Positions 10,282-20,791 of a DNA stretch of 64,000 bases are shown in pieces. The DNA comes from a virus. Where the stretch lies: positions 32,001 to 96,000 of IMG/VR virus record IMGVR_UViG_3300025888_000011; one strand, given 5' to 3'. Numbering within the stretch: position 1 is the stretch's first letter; every line of letters begins with the position of its first letter. The notes under the pieces are model-generated. The model searched no databases. It was not told the origin of the DNA and worked only from the letters and a program-made list of their open reading frames with translations. Made by a program: the position numbers and the translations under genes.

Positions 10282-10311
10282 GTATAAATATTAAAGTATC
10301 TGCACATAATA
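10282..10311 (+). promoter_or_regulatory. sigmaG-like promoter
   Basis: GTATA-18 nt-CATAATA matches GNATA-18-CATNNTA. Confidence 0.55.
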
Positions 10312-10336
10312 ATTTTGATTTGAAGGAGGTTTTAAT

Positions 10337-11062
10337 ATGAGAGTATCAAAGTATTTATTTCCTACCTCACATAAAAATAGGCGTATATATAGAAAGGCTA
10401 AGTCTGATGTATTTTCAGCGTTTGGAATGATAAAATTAATTTGTAAAATAATAATTTATATAGTATCAGGTATAATAGGAGTAGTTATTTTAAGTTCAAG
10501 TTTTATATATAAGCTTGTTAAAAGAATTAAAGATTATAATCACTATAAGAAAAATGGTTTTTCGTATTTGAAAATTTATAAAGATATTACTCAATTATCA
10601 GGAAGAAGTTTTGAAATATTAATGTATGAATTATTTAAAGCAAATGGATATAAGGTTTATATGACTCAAGCTACTTGTGATGGTGGCAAAGATTTAATTC
10701 TAATTGTTGATGGTGTGGAAACTTATGTAGAATTGAAAAGGTGGAATGGTGGTTGGCAAGTTGGGAGACCTGAAATTCAAAAATTATTAGGATCAGCAGT
10801 TTGCGATGGAGTTAGAAAATGCTTATTTATCACAACAGGAAGTTACAATACTAACGCTCTAGAATGTTCTGCCAAGACAGATATGATTGATTTATGGGAT
10901 ATGGAAGATATAATGAAATTAATTAATGATACTGATATAGATAAAATACCTTGGATTATGAGCAAAGTAATGGAATATAATGAGGAAGATATATTAAAGA
11001 AAATCAATAATTTCGGTGAAAAAGTTGATAAATATACTAATAATTTAGATAAACAGTATTAA
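10337..11062 (+). CDS. Mrr-like restriction endonuclease domain protein with TM segment
   Basis: LSGRSFE...DGGKDL...VELKRW...VG.PEIQKL.GS...FITTGSY Mrr_cat pattern. Confidence 0.85.
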   Translation: MRVSKYLFPTSHKNRRIYRKAKSDVFSAFGMIKLICKIIIYIVSGIIGVVILSSSFIYKLVKRIKDYNHYKKNGFSYLKIYKDITQLSGRSFEILMYELFKANGYKVYMTQATCDGGKDLILIVDGVETYVELKRWNGGWQVGRPEIQKLLGSAVCDGVRKCLFITTGSYNTNALECSAKTDMIDLWDMEDIMKLINDTDIDKIPWIMSKVMEYNEEDILKKINNFGEKVDKYTNNLDKQY

Positions 11063-11086
11063 AAGAGCGATTATATGCTCTTTTTT
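11061..11086 (+). terminator. intrinsic terminator
   Basis: AAAAGAGC/GCTCTTTT stem plus T-run. Confidence 0.7.
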
Positions 11087-11600
11087 GCTTTATTTGGTAA
11101 TATTCCTCATTATATCTAGTGAAGTTAATTTTGTAACGAAAATAAGCCTACTATAAGCATTTAAATCAATTCTAGGTACAATTATATATCCTAAAATTAA
11201 AGTTGCTTACAATGTGCTTAAATGAGTTTTGAATGGATACCTATTTGTGACATCCTTATACATAAATAATTACCTCATTATATAGATATGTATTTATACC
11301 TTTAATGCCTATTGAGTAGCATTATATATAATTAATATCTATTAGTTTTACAATATAATCATTATCAACTAATGAATTTCATATACATTTATACAATATC
11401 GTTAATTACTATTTCTACCCAACTCTATACATTAATAACTAATGAATGGCAATAGTAACCATTGTATGGCATATACAATCACTTATATACATTGCTTGTT
11501 AACTATTGCTATTGATATTATATGAATTATATTGATAATCTATTGTAACCAAATTCATTCTATGGTAATATAATGTTATTAGGAAAAGAAAACTAGATAC

Positions 11601-11942
11601 TTGGAGGTGGCAAGCTTGCAACAAGAGTTTAATAAATTAGAAATCGCTATTCTTTATATGTTGTATGATAAAGAAAAATTCACAGCCTTAACTTCATGTC
11701 AAATTAAAGATTTTTTAACTGATGAGGGATTCTTATCAAGATTTAAAGTAACAACCTCATATAATACAATGGTTAGAAGAGTTAAAAGTCTACTTGAACA
11801 GGAATATATCTCTTTTGGATATAAAGAGGGGAATGCTCAAACTTATTTTTTAAATGCAAAAGGAGTAGAATGTATAGAACATGAATTAATTGAAAATGGA
11901 ATTATTGAAAATGATATCGAAGATATAGAAGGAGGTAATTAA
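11601..11942 (+). CDS. tubR: TubR-like winged-helix partition adaptor (likely start TTG 11616)
   Basis: wHTH signature SYNTMVRRVKSLLEQEYI..G.K...TYFLN.KG; directly upstream of tubZ. Confidence 0.7.
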   Translation: MEVASLQQEFNKLEIAILYMLYDKEKFTALTSCQIKDFLTDEGFLSRFKVTTSYNTMVRRVKSLLEQEYISFGYKEGNAQTYFLNAKGVECIEHELIENGIIENDIEDIEGGN

Positions 11943-11943
11943 T

Positions 11944-13107
11944 ATGAATCGTACAGATTTCACTTTGTTGGGGTGTGGAGGCGGAGGCGGTAAGGTTGTT
12001 GATACCATCGTTAACCAAGACTCAAAATTTATGAGTTACTTTATTAATGCATCCAAAACAGATATTGAATCATTAGACAATTCTGATGATATTGCTGTGA
12101 ATTATACTTGTATTGCAAATCAAAGAAATGGAATGGGACGTGACCGCAATCTTGGAAAAAGATATGTTTCTAAAAGAGGCATGAATCTATTAGAAGTAAT
12201 CGATAATTTTGATACATCTGTTGTATACGTAGTATTTACTTTTGGAGGTGGTTCTGGGAGTGCTATAGCTAGTATTTTATTAGCAGGTATACAGAAATTG
12301 AAGGATATTGAAAACTTTGATAAAACTATTAATATTATAGGTATATTACCAAGCATTGATTCAAGCACCGAGGTTCTAAAAAATTCAGTAGAAACTTGGA
12401 ATGAAATTATGTCATATACTTGTATTAATAATATGATTTTTATAGATAATAACAACACAGTAAATGGTGAATACTTAGAAGAACAAGAAATAAATGATAG
12501 ATTTGCTGAAATGTTCGATTCTATATTTGACATTCCTAATGTGAATGGAAGAAATTTTGATAATGGGAATCTAGGCAGAATCTTAAATTCTGAAGGATGT
12601 ATGTATATTTATGATTTACCTGATGGATGTAATAATGCTAACTTAGCTCTAAAACAAGCAGATACAAATAGTGTGTTGGCTAAGATGTATGAGTCTAAAG
12701 AGAGTATAGACATAGATAAAGATGGCAATAAAAAAATCAAGTGTGGGTTTATAGGTACTTCATTCAACAATGAAAATTATACACATAAAGATATTTTAGC
12801 AAAATATAAATCTAACAAAGAGGATTTTGAGGGATATAATGAAGATAGTAATTTAGTTTTAATCTCAGGATGTTTACCTCCCCTAGTATCAATTCAAGTA
12901 ATTCAAGCTGAACTAAAAGATAGAGAAAAAGTAGAAATATGTAATGATAAAACTGATTTTAAATCATTTATAGTTGAGAATGACAGTGAGAAAGAATTGA
13001 ATACAAACTACAAAGAGATTAAAGAGCATAAGCCAGTTGCACAACCACAAGTTAAAACTAAGACTAAAAAGAAAGCTATGAAGAAAAATATATTTGATAT
13101 GCTTTAA
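11944..13107 (+). CDS. tubZ: TubZ tubulin/FtsZ-like partition GTPase
   Basis: GCGGGGG, GMGRD, GGGSGS tubulin signature, NFDNGN T7-like loop, basic tail. Confidence 0.9.
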   Translation: MNRTDFTLLGCGGGGGKVVDTIVNQDSKFMSYFINASKTDIESLDNSDDIAVNYTCIANQRNGMGRDRNLGKRYVSKRGMNLLEVIDNFDTSVVYVVFTFGGGSGSAIASILLAGIQKLKDIENFDKTINIIGILPSIDSSTEVLKNSVETWNEIMSYTCINNMIFIDNNNTVNGEYLEEQEINDRFAEMFDSIFDIPNVNGRNFDNGNLGRILNSEGCMYIYDLPDGCNNANLALKQADTNSVLAKMYESKESIDIDKDGNKKIKCGFIGTSFNNENYTHKDILAKYKSNKEDFEGYNEDSNLVLISGCLPPLVSIQVIQAELKDREKVEICNDKTDFKSFIVENDSEKELNTNYKEIKEHKPVAQPQVKTKTKKKAMKKNIFDML

Positions 13108-13161
13108 TAAATTTATAAGGTAATATTAAGCTTAAACTGTTTAATATTACCTTAATTATAA

Positions 13162-13869
13162 TTGAAAGGGGATAGCGAGTTGAAAGAACATATTTTTGAT
13201 GTAAATTATACTGAGTCAGACAAAAAATATTCTACAATTGAAGAAGTCAGTATAATCCTATCTATAGAAGCTCCTACTATAATATTTTGGTGTAATAAAT
13301 TTAATGATTTGCTAAATATTCAATCAATAGGAATGTATCAGATTTTTAATGAGAATGATATTAAGAATTTAAAAACAATAAAAAAACTCAACATAGATGA
13401 AAATATGAATATTGGTGAAATTAAAACATATTTAAATCAAAATAAAGGTGTAATTATAACTAAAAAAGAAATTGAAGTTCCAGAGGTAAGTTTATTAACA
13501 GTATTAGCTAAGATCCTAACTTCTCAAAATGATAAAATAGAAAACTTACTTGAGGCAAATAATCAACTCATGAAAAATCAAGAAATCTTTACAAATAAAA
13601 TATTAGAATCACAAAAAGAAATGTGTATTGATATAGTTAAGAAAACAAATAATTCCGAGGAAATAAATGGTTTGAAAGAAGAAATCGTTGAACTAACTAA
13701 AACTGTAAATGAGAAAATGGAATTAATGGAGAAAGAAACTACTAAAAGATTAAATGATAGTGCTTTACTTATAAAGGAAAATTTAGAAAAGAGAAAGCAA
13801 GAACAAGAATTAATATTGTTAGAGAAAAGTAAAAAGAAATCAATATGGAATCGAATGTTGGGCAAATAA
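13162..13869 (+). CDS. tubY: TubY-like MerR-HTH coiled-coil protein
   Basis: MerR HTH, long coiled coil, amphipathic C-terminus KKSIWNRMLGK; follows tubZ as in phage c-st. Confidence 0.75.
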   Translation: MKGDSELKEHIFDVNYTESDKKYSTIEEVSIILSIEAPTIIFWCNKFNDLLNIQSIGMYQIFNENDIKNLKTIKKLNIDENMNIGEIKTYLNQNKGVIITKKEIEVPEVSLLTVLAKILTSQNDKIENLLEANNQLMKNQEIFTNKILESQKEMCIDIVKKTNNSEEINGLKEEIVELTKTVNEKMELMEKETTKRLNDSALLIKENLEKRKQEQELILLEKSKKKSIWNRMLGK

Positions 13870-14261
13870 CTGTCAATCAATTTCAAGCTACTTTATAGCC
13901 ATTCTAAGACACTTTAATTATTGGTAATGTAATTACTCATAATAATAGTTTATAGCCTTCTCAGTGTATTCTGATTAGGCTAATTTTGATTATATAGTTG
14001 TTATAGTTTGTCCATTTGTAGAATTTTATGTAGAATAAGAAATTATTAGTAATAATTATAATACTAATAATAATAAAATAATATAAAAAGTATATTGTAA
14101 TATTATCCAATATGTGATATAATGAGATAAGAATAAATGAGGAGGGGGGGGGGATATATTTGAGTTTAAATAAGTTTATAATAATATAAAATATGTATTG
14201 TTATTTGGTAGAATTTATGATATAATGAGATAGTAAGGATTATTAAAAAGGAAGTGATGAA

Positions 14262-14456
14262 ATGAAAAAGATAATATGGAAAATAAGAGGATTCTTTATA
14301 AAATTATTAGCAGGGAATGATATTAATGTAATTATAAACACTAATTTAGATTCTAATAAAGGAATTATTATAAGTAGTAAATATAATGTGTTCAAGAATA
14401 TTGAAATAGAAGGATTTAATACTGCGTTTACAATGAAAGATAAAAAATGCAATTAA
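14262..14456 (+). CDS. hypothetical protein
   Basis: 64 aa, RBS and tandem promoters upstream. Confidence 0.55.
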   Translation: MKKIIWKIRGFFIKLLAGNDINVIINTNLDSNKGIIISSKYNVFKNIEIEGFNTAFTMKDKKCN

Positions 14457-14516
14457 GAATATAATAATACATAATTAATATAGTAATTGTAGTAAAAATT
14501 AAAAGGAGAGATAAAA

Positions 14517-16268
14517 ATGTTAATAGCAAAGAATTCAAAAATGAAAATGGTTAAAATTATTGATAGTGTTGAGGAAGATACATATACATGTCCATTGTGT
14601 GGAGAGAAGCTAACGAGGAACTTTGGGATTTTACGCCAGTACTATAGTCATCCGATGGGTAAGGGAGAAAATTGCGAATATAAACTTAAACTAATGTTAA
14701 AAGATAATCCTACTGAATTCATAGAAAGTGATTTAAGTATTCTAAGAGACCAATATTATAATAAGAAATTTACAGATGTAAAAGTTGAAATGTCTGATTT
14801 AATTTCAGATGAGGGATACCCATTAACTCAACAACAGAAAGATATAATTTATTCTACAGAAGATAAAATAAAAGTAACAGCTTTAGCAGGTAGTAGTAAA
14901 ACAACAACCCTTTATTATTATGCAAAAGCTAGAAGCGATAAGAAGATTCTGTATTTGGTATATAATAAATCTCAACAATTAGAAGCACAAAATACATTTG
15001 GTAAGCTTGGCAACGTTGAAATTCGTACAGTACATAGTTTAGGTTATGCTTATGTTGGAAGGTTTTATAGAAATAAATTAACCTTTGGATATAATGCCAT
15101 TGACGTTATGAAAGATATGGATATCAAATGGGAGAACCAAGAACTCGCTGTTAAGATTTATGAAATGTTTAAAAATTATATGCTATCTGAATTTGATAAA
15201 TTTGAAGACTTAGAGACTTTCAAAGGTGATAAAAATAGAGAAGTTATAATATCGTATTGCTATAGATTATGGGAACTTAAAAAAGACTTAAAATCTAATG
15301 TAAAAGTGGAGCATGATTGGTATCTAAAATCGTTTCAGCTTATGCGTAAGTCTCTTGATAGAAAGTATGACATACTACTAATCGACGAAGTACAAGATAG
15401 TTCGATGCTTGTGTTTGATATAATTAAGTCTTCCAATGTAAAGAATATATGTATGGTTGGTGATATTTTTCAGAGCATTTATTTGTGGAGATGTAGTTGC
15501 AATATCATGCCTTTGTTTAAAGCAAAAGAATACAAACTAACAACTTCGTTTAGAGTAAGTCAAAACATAGCCAATATTGCTAATATGATTATTGAAGACG
15601 TAAATGATACAAAAATAGGAATGACAGGATTTAATACTGAACAAACTATTGTAGAAAAGATTGATAAGACAAAGCCATATGCTTGTTTGTGTAGAACTAA
15701 TTCAAGTTTATTCGGTGAAACAATAGACGCTCTGAATCATGGAAAGAAAGCATTGTACTATGAAGGAGGTTATAGTGGATATAATTTTAATAACATATTA
15801 GATTGCTATAATTTTCAACAAGGAGATAAAGTAAAGAATCCATTATTCAATAAATTTAAAAATTATTCTAAAATGGAAGAGTTCGCAGAACAGAATAAAG
15901 ATATTGAATTATTATCTTTAATGAGAATGGTAGATAAATATGGGATGGATGTACCTGAGTTAATACATAAGATAAAATCAAGCACTACTACTAAAAAAGA
16001 TAAATTAGATTGCTATTTTTCAACTATACATAAATCAAAAGGAAGCACAATTGAAATACCATTGTTAATATCTGACGACCATTTTGATATAGAAGATTAT
16101 TTTGATAAGAAATTCTTAGGTATTGGAGTATTAGATAAAACCAAAAACTACTATGAAGAAATGTGCTTGATATACGTGGCTATAACGAGAGCGAAGGCAA
16201 GCATAGTTTTAAGTGATACTCTTAAAAAATACTTGGTGTTAAGATATAAATTCAATAAAAATAAATAA
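14517..16268 (+). CDS. UvrD/Rep-like SF1 helicase with N-terminal zinc finger
   Basis: CPLCG...H...C; ALAGSSKTT, IDEVQD, VGDIFQSIY, TIHKSKG, YVAITRA. Confidence 0.9.
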   Translation: MLIAKNSKMKMVKIIDSVEEDTYTCPLCGEKLTRNFGILRQYYSHPMGKGENCEYKLKLMLKDNPTEFIESDLSILRDQYYNKKFTDVKVEMSDLISDEGYPLTQQQKDIIYSTEDKIKVTALAGSSKTTTLYYYAKARSDKKILYLVYNKSQQLEAQNTFGKLGNVEIRTVHSLGYAYVGRFYRNKLTFGYNAIDVMKDMDIKWENQELAVKIYEMFKNYMLSEFDKFEDLETFKGDKNREVIISYCYRLWELKKDLKSNVKVEHDWYLKSFQLMRKSLDRKYDILLIDEVQDSSMLVFDIIKSSNVKNICMVGDIFQSIYLWRCSCNIMPLFKAKEYKLTTSFRVSQNIANIANMIIEDVNDTKIGMTGFNTEQTIVEKIDKTKPYACLCRTNSSLFGETIDALNHGKKALYYEGGYSGYNFNNILDCYNFQQGDKVKNPLFNKFKNYSKMEEFAEQNKDIELLSLMRMVDKYGMDVPELIHKIKSSTTTKKDKLDCYFSTIHKSKGSTIEIPLLISDDHFDIEDYFDKKFLGIGVLDKTKNYYEEMCLIYVAITRAKASIVLSDTLKKYLVLRYKFNKNK

Positions 16269-16292
16269 AAGTAAAATAATATAAAATAAGTA

Positions 16293-16321
16293 TTGACTTT
16301 TATATCCAATGGTGGTATAAT
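16293..16321 (+). promoter_or_regulatory. sigmaA promoter
   Basis: TTGACT-17-TATAAT with extended TG. Confidence 0.7.
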
Positions 16322-16442
16322 TGACTTGTAAGGATAATTAATAAAGGAGTTGATACTTTTGATTGTAATTTCATTAGGAACGCACTATTTAAATTACATA
16401 TAATATAATGATATAAAATAAATTTATAGGAGGAATTAGTAA

Positions 16443-17891
16443 ATGATAGTGGGTATTAAAAAAGAAAAGATAAGAAAGATTTTTACAGACAATTTACCAA
16501 GAAAAGAAAAATTATTTGATTGGTTCAAGAGTATTGGATACAAGGTAAGATTTATTTATGATGATATTGAAGGTGAGGTAGATATAATTGGATATGATGG
16601 AAAGTTTCTATCTATAACATATAATAATAAAATATTAGAAATAAGTACAGGGAATCTTCAAAAATGTCGATTAGGCAAATTATTAAATAAATGCACAGAT
16701 GAATTTAAAATAGAAATCAGTACTCAATTTATAGATGACAAAAGAAATATTACAATTATTAATAAAGAAAATAGAAAAGACAGACAAGGACGTAACTTTA
16801 AATGGTATCAATATAAGTGTAATAAATGTGGATTTTGTGATGATAGAAGTTGGATTGAAGAGAGTTCATTATTAAATGGACAAGGTTGTTCATGTTGTCA
16901 TGGAAAGACGGCAGTGCTTGGAATAAACACAATTTGGGATACTGATAGGATTATGTGTAATTTAGGAGTTAGTGAGGAAGATGCCAAGACACATACTAAA
17001 TGGAGTAATGTCAAAGTTGATGTAATTTGCCCTGATTGTGGTAGAATAAAAAATGTGTCTTTAGATAAGATTCACAGATTTCATTCAATAGGATGTGTTT
17101 GTAGTGACACTATATCTTATCCAGAAAAATTAATGTTTAATATATTAGAACAATTAAATGTTGAAAACACATATCAATTAACTAAAAAGACTTTGATGTG
17201 GTGTAATAAATATAAATACGATTTTTATTTTAAAATAAATAACAAAGAATATATTATTGAAACACATGGTAGCCAACATTATAAAAATAAATTTACTATA
17301 AAAAAAATTAGGTCATTAGAAAATGAAATAGAAAATGATAAAAACAAAAAAGCCTTAGCTTTAGCAAATGGAATAAAAGAAGAAGATTATATCGTGATTG
17401 ATTGCAGATATAGTGAATTAGAATTTATACGAAATAATATAGTAGACAGTAAATTAAATGAGATATTTGATTTATTAAATATAGATTGGAATAAAGCTGA
17501 AGAATATGCATTAAAGAATTTATGTAAAAAAGCATGTGAGATGAAGAGAGATAATCCTAATATACTTACAGTAGACATATGTAAATTTTTTAAATTAAGT
17601 AAAACAACAATAATAAGGTATCTAAAAAAAGGAAGTAAGATATGGGAATGGTGCAATTATGACCCAAAAGAAGAACAGAGGAAATCAGGATTGAGGGTAA
17701 GTAGTTTAATAAGTAAAAAAGTAGAGGTATTTAATAAAATGGGTGAGTCATTAGGCATTTTTCCAAGTTGTGCTGAATTAGAACGACAATCTGAAAAGAT
17801 ATTGGGTGTAAAATTAATTAATCAAAATATATCAAAAGTATGTATTCATCATGCACATACACATAAAGGGCTTATATTTAAATATGTTTAA
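16443..17891 (+). CDS. free-standing homing-endonuclease-like protein (Zn ribbons, PD-(D/E)xK-like core, NUMOD1-like tail)
   Basis: CxxC motifs, SYPE...YDFY...IIETHGSQH, C-terminal GIFPS.AELER helix. Confidence 0.75.
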   Translation: MIVGIKKEKIRKIFTDNLPRKEKLFDWFKSIGYKVRFIYDDIEGEVDIIGYDGKFLSITYNNKILEISTGNLQKCRLGKLLNKCTDEFKIEISTQFIDDKRNITIINKENRKDRQGRNFKWYQYKCNKCGFCDDRSWIEESSLLNGQGCSCCHGKTAVLGINTIWDTDRIMCNLGVSEEDAKTHTKWSNVKVDVICPDCGRIKNVSLDKIHRFHSIGCVCSDTISYPEKLMFNILEQLNVENTYQLTKKTLMWCNKYKYDFYFKINNKEYIIETHGSQHYKNKFTIKKIRSLENEIENDKNKKALALANGIKEEDYIVIDCRYSELEFIRNNIVDSKLNEIFDLLNIDWNKAEEYALKNLCKKACEMKRDNPNILTVDICKFFKLSKTTIIRYLKKGSKIWEWCNYDPKEEQRKSGLRVSSLISKKVEVFNKMGESLGIFPSCAELERQSEKILGVKLINQNISKVCIHHAHTHKGLIFKYV

Positions 17892-17940
17892 AATAATTAA
17901 ATTAACTATAATAATATAATTCATAAGGAGAGAGCAAACA

Positions 17941-18123
17941 ATGACAAGAGAAGAATTTATAAAAATAGCAATATTAAAAGGATATACATTAGAGTATGCA
18001 GAAATATTAGCAGACATGGTTGTAAAATCTAAAAGAACTTATCAAGAAGGATATTTAATATGTCTTAAATGTCTTGAAGATGGTGAATTACTTGGAGAAT
18101 GGGAAGTAAATAATGATATTTAA
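17941..18123 (+). CDS. hypothetical protein
   Basis: 60 aa, AAGGAG RBS. Confidence 0.6.
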   Translation: MTREEFIKIAILKGYTLEYAEILADMVVKSKRTYQEGYLICLKCLEDGELLGEWEVNNDI

Positions 18124-18156
18124 ATATATCAAAACAATATAAGGAGGTAATTAATA

Positions 18157-18345
18157 ATGGATTTATCACATAGAAGATATGCAGTAAATTGTTTTATACA
18201 GAATTTTAGTAAAGAAGAATTAACTTCTCTTGTAAATGAGTTATCAGATATGATATTAAATAGCGAAGGAGAAGCAGGATACGATAAAATCTTATTAAAA
18301 ATATTAGGTACAACAATAAAAAGAACACCAAAATTAGAAAAATAA
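18157..18345 (+). CDS. hypothetical protein
   Basis: 62 aa, AAGGAGG RBS. Confidence 0.65.
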   Translation: MDLSHRRYAVNCFIQNFSKEELTSLVNELSDMILNSEGEAGYDKILLKILGTTIKRTPKLEK

Positions 18346-18588
18346 ATATATATAAAAAGGAGAAATGATAAAAATGAAAACAGATGCAATATCAAAATTT
18401 GAAGAGAATATAAATGGAGAAAAGATTGAATTATTTAAAAGTAGAGTTGAAAAAACTCATGAAAGTTGTGGTAAAAGTTATATGGTAAGGATTATAGTGA
18501 GAGATTAATAAGTAAATAATATAAATTTAGAATAGTGTAAAAGCTATTCTATTAGTCATAATATAATATAAAAGGAGAGTCAAAATAA

Positions 18589-20571
18589 ATGAGCGAAGAA
18601 ATAACAATATATAATTCAACAAAGGAACTAAAATTACAAAAGATAGATAGTTTGTCTCAATTAGCAATTAATAGATTAACTGAGTTTAATAAGAATCCAC
18701 TTGGAGAAAAATATGAATTAGCAATAAGAGAATTAGTTAAATACATATTATTTTATACTAATAAAGAAAAGATAATAGCATTCCCCATGTCGACAGGTAG
18801 TGGGAAAAGCACAATCACAGAGTTATCAATGGCTTATATGTACAATGATGACCTATTTAAAAACTATTGTGGGACTATTATATTAAAACTTACTAGAGAT
18901 GATTGTAATTCAACTGCTATCAATATAAATAAGTATGCTAATAAAGAAATTGCTTATGCTTATCATGGAGGAGATGTTGAAAATGGTAAGGCGAATGATA
19001 TAACCATTGAAGATTTACAGACTTACCCAATACTAATAATGACACACGAGGGTTATAAATCATTTGTAGACAGGAAAGAAATTAAGACTAAAAGTAAAAG
19101 AAAAAAGATAGATATAAATGATATTTACGAATGGACAGATAAAAGAATAGATAAATTAACTGTAAATTACAATATATTTACTAGACAGAGATTAATTATT
19201 GACGAGGAAATATCAAACGTAGAAACTGTAGCAATCAATATAAAAACTATAAATATTATTGAGAATGCCATTATGAATATGGGAAACAATGATTTATATG
19301 ATGTTTTTATGAGTTTTATTAACTCGATAAAGAAAGAGTTTATAAAATCTTATACAGAGAAAGCTAATAAACTTAATTTTGTTTATTTTGAGAATATAGT
19401 TAAACCTGAAGGAATGGATGAGGCTATATATGATTCTAAGGATTATAAAGCTAGAGAATGCTATATAAATATATTAAATTTATTAGAACATGGTGGTTAC
19501 GTTAGATATTCAACTGAATTAGAAAATAAAAGTATAACAACATTCAAATACATAGATATTTATAATCCTAGATTTGCTAAATTACAATTAGATGCTACAG
19601 CAGATGTAAATAAATTATATATATATAATCCACATTATGAAGTTAAGGAATTACCTGAATTCAAAACATATAAGAATACATATTTACATATATATGATAA
19701 AGTAACTGGTTCAAGAAGTTCATTAATTGAAAATTTCGATTTAGGAATGCTTCAAGCATGTATAAAAGACATAGGAGAAAAACTTCTCAAAGGGGAAAAG
19801 GGGCTTATAGTATTTAATAACAAACAATTGGAATATGGATTCTATGAGGAAATTCAAGGTACAGATTTAGTAGGAAGAGTATGGATTACACATTATGGAT
19901 TAACTACAGGAAGTAATCAATGGAAAGATTATGATAAAGTATTTGTATATGGATTAAATATAATGAGTGATGCTATATACCCTATATTATATCACTGTAA
20001 TAGTATGGAAGAAGACTTTAATAAATATGACACTATGTTAATTCCAAAGAAAGGCTCAAGAGCATATGCAGAAACTAAATTTGAAGAAGTTAGAGTTGGG
20101 TTAGTCTCCTCAGCAATAATACAAGCAATTAATAGAATTAAAATAAGAAAATATTGTGACGGTGATACACCCGAAACTCATATTTATATGCTCAATAGCG
20201 ATAAGAGTGTTGATAATATAATAAAAGGAAGCATGAAAGGCATTAATATTCTATATGATTGGCAATTAGATTTTACTCCACCAATAAAAGAACGTAAATC
20301 TAAAGTAGAAGATAATACACTAAAAATAATAAACTATTTAAAATTTCTAATTGAAAATCCTGAGTCAAAATTTGTATGTGAGTTAAAGAATGAGAATATA
20401 TTAACAGATAAAGGAATTAAGAAAAAGGATTTAAGAGAAGGACTTGATTTTGCTAATAGACCTGCGTTTAATCGAGCATTAGATAAACCAATTTTCACTC
20501 AGTTTTGTATTGATTATAATATAGATATGAGTAATAAAAATAACAAATACATAGGCATGACAATAAAATAA
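18589..20571 (+). CDS. SF2 (DEAD/DEAH-like) helicase-domain protein
   Basis: PMSTGSGKST, ILIMTH, LIIDEE, LDATA, GSN, IQAINRI motifs. Confidence 0.75.
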   Translation: MSEEITIYNSTKELKLQKIDSLSQLAINRLTEFNKNPLGEKYELAIRELVKYILFYTNKEKIIAFPMSTGSGKSTITELSMAYMYNDDLFKNYCGTIILKLTRDDCNSTAININKYANKEIAYAYHGGDVENGKANDITIEDLQTYPILIMTHEGYKSFVDRKEIKTKSKRKKIDINDIYEWTDKRIDKLTVNYNIFTRQRLIIDEEISNVETVAINIKTINIIENAIMNMGNNDLYDVFMSFINSIKKEFIKSYTEKANKLNFVYFENIVKPEGMDEAIYDSKDYKARECYINILNLLEHGGYVRYSTELENKSITTFKYIDIYNPRFAKLQLDATADVNKLYIYNPHYEVKELPEFKTYKNTYLHIYDKVTGSRSSLIENFDLGMLQACIKDIGEKLLKGEKGLIVFNNKQLEYGFYEEIQGTDLVGRVWITHYGLTTGSNQWKDYDKVFVYGLNIMSDAIYPILYHCNSMEEDFNKYDTMLIPKKGSRAYAETKFEEVRVGLVSSAIIQAINRIKIRKYCDGDTPETHIYMLNSDKSVDNIIKGSMKGINILYDWQLDFTPPIKERKSKVEDNTLKIINYLKFLIENPESKFVCELKNENILTDKGIKKKDLREGLDFANRPAFNRALDKPIFTQFCIDYNIDMSNKNNKYIGMTIK

Positions 20572-20791
20572 TATATAATCGTAACGTTTTTACTCTTATA
20601 AACTCTATTAGAGGGAAATGTTACGATGAATAAATTCAACAGATTATAAAGAAAGTTCAAAACAAGGAAAAGCTAATTCGATGAACCTGAATTACCTTAA
20701 CTTTCACGTGCAGTGGATCGTTCAAGTTGTCATTACTTTTTCAATTTTAATAACAACTATAATAATATAAATATAAAGGAGATGATTAATA

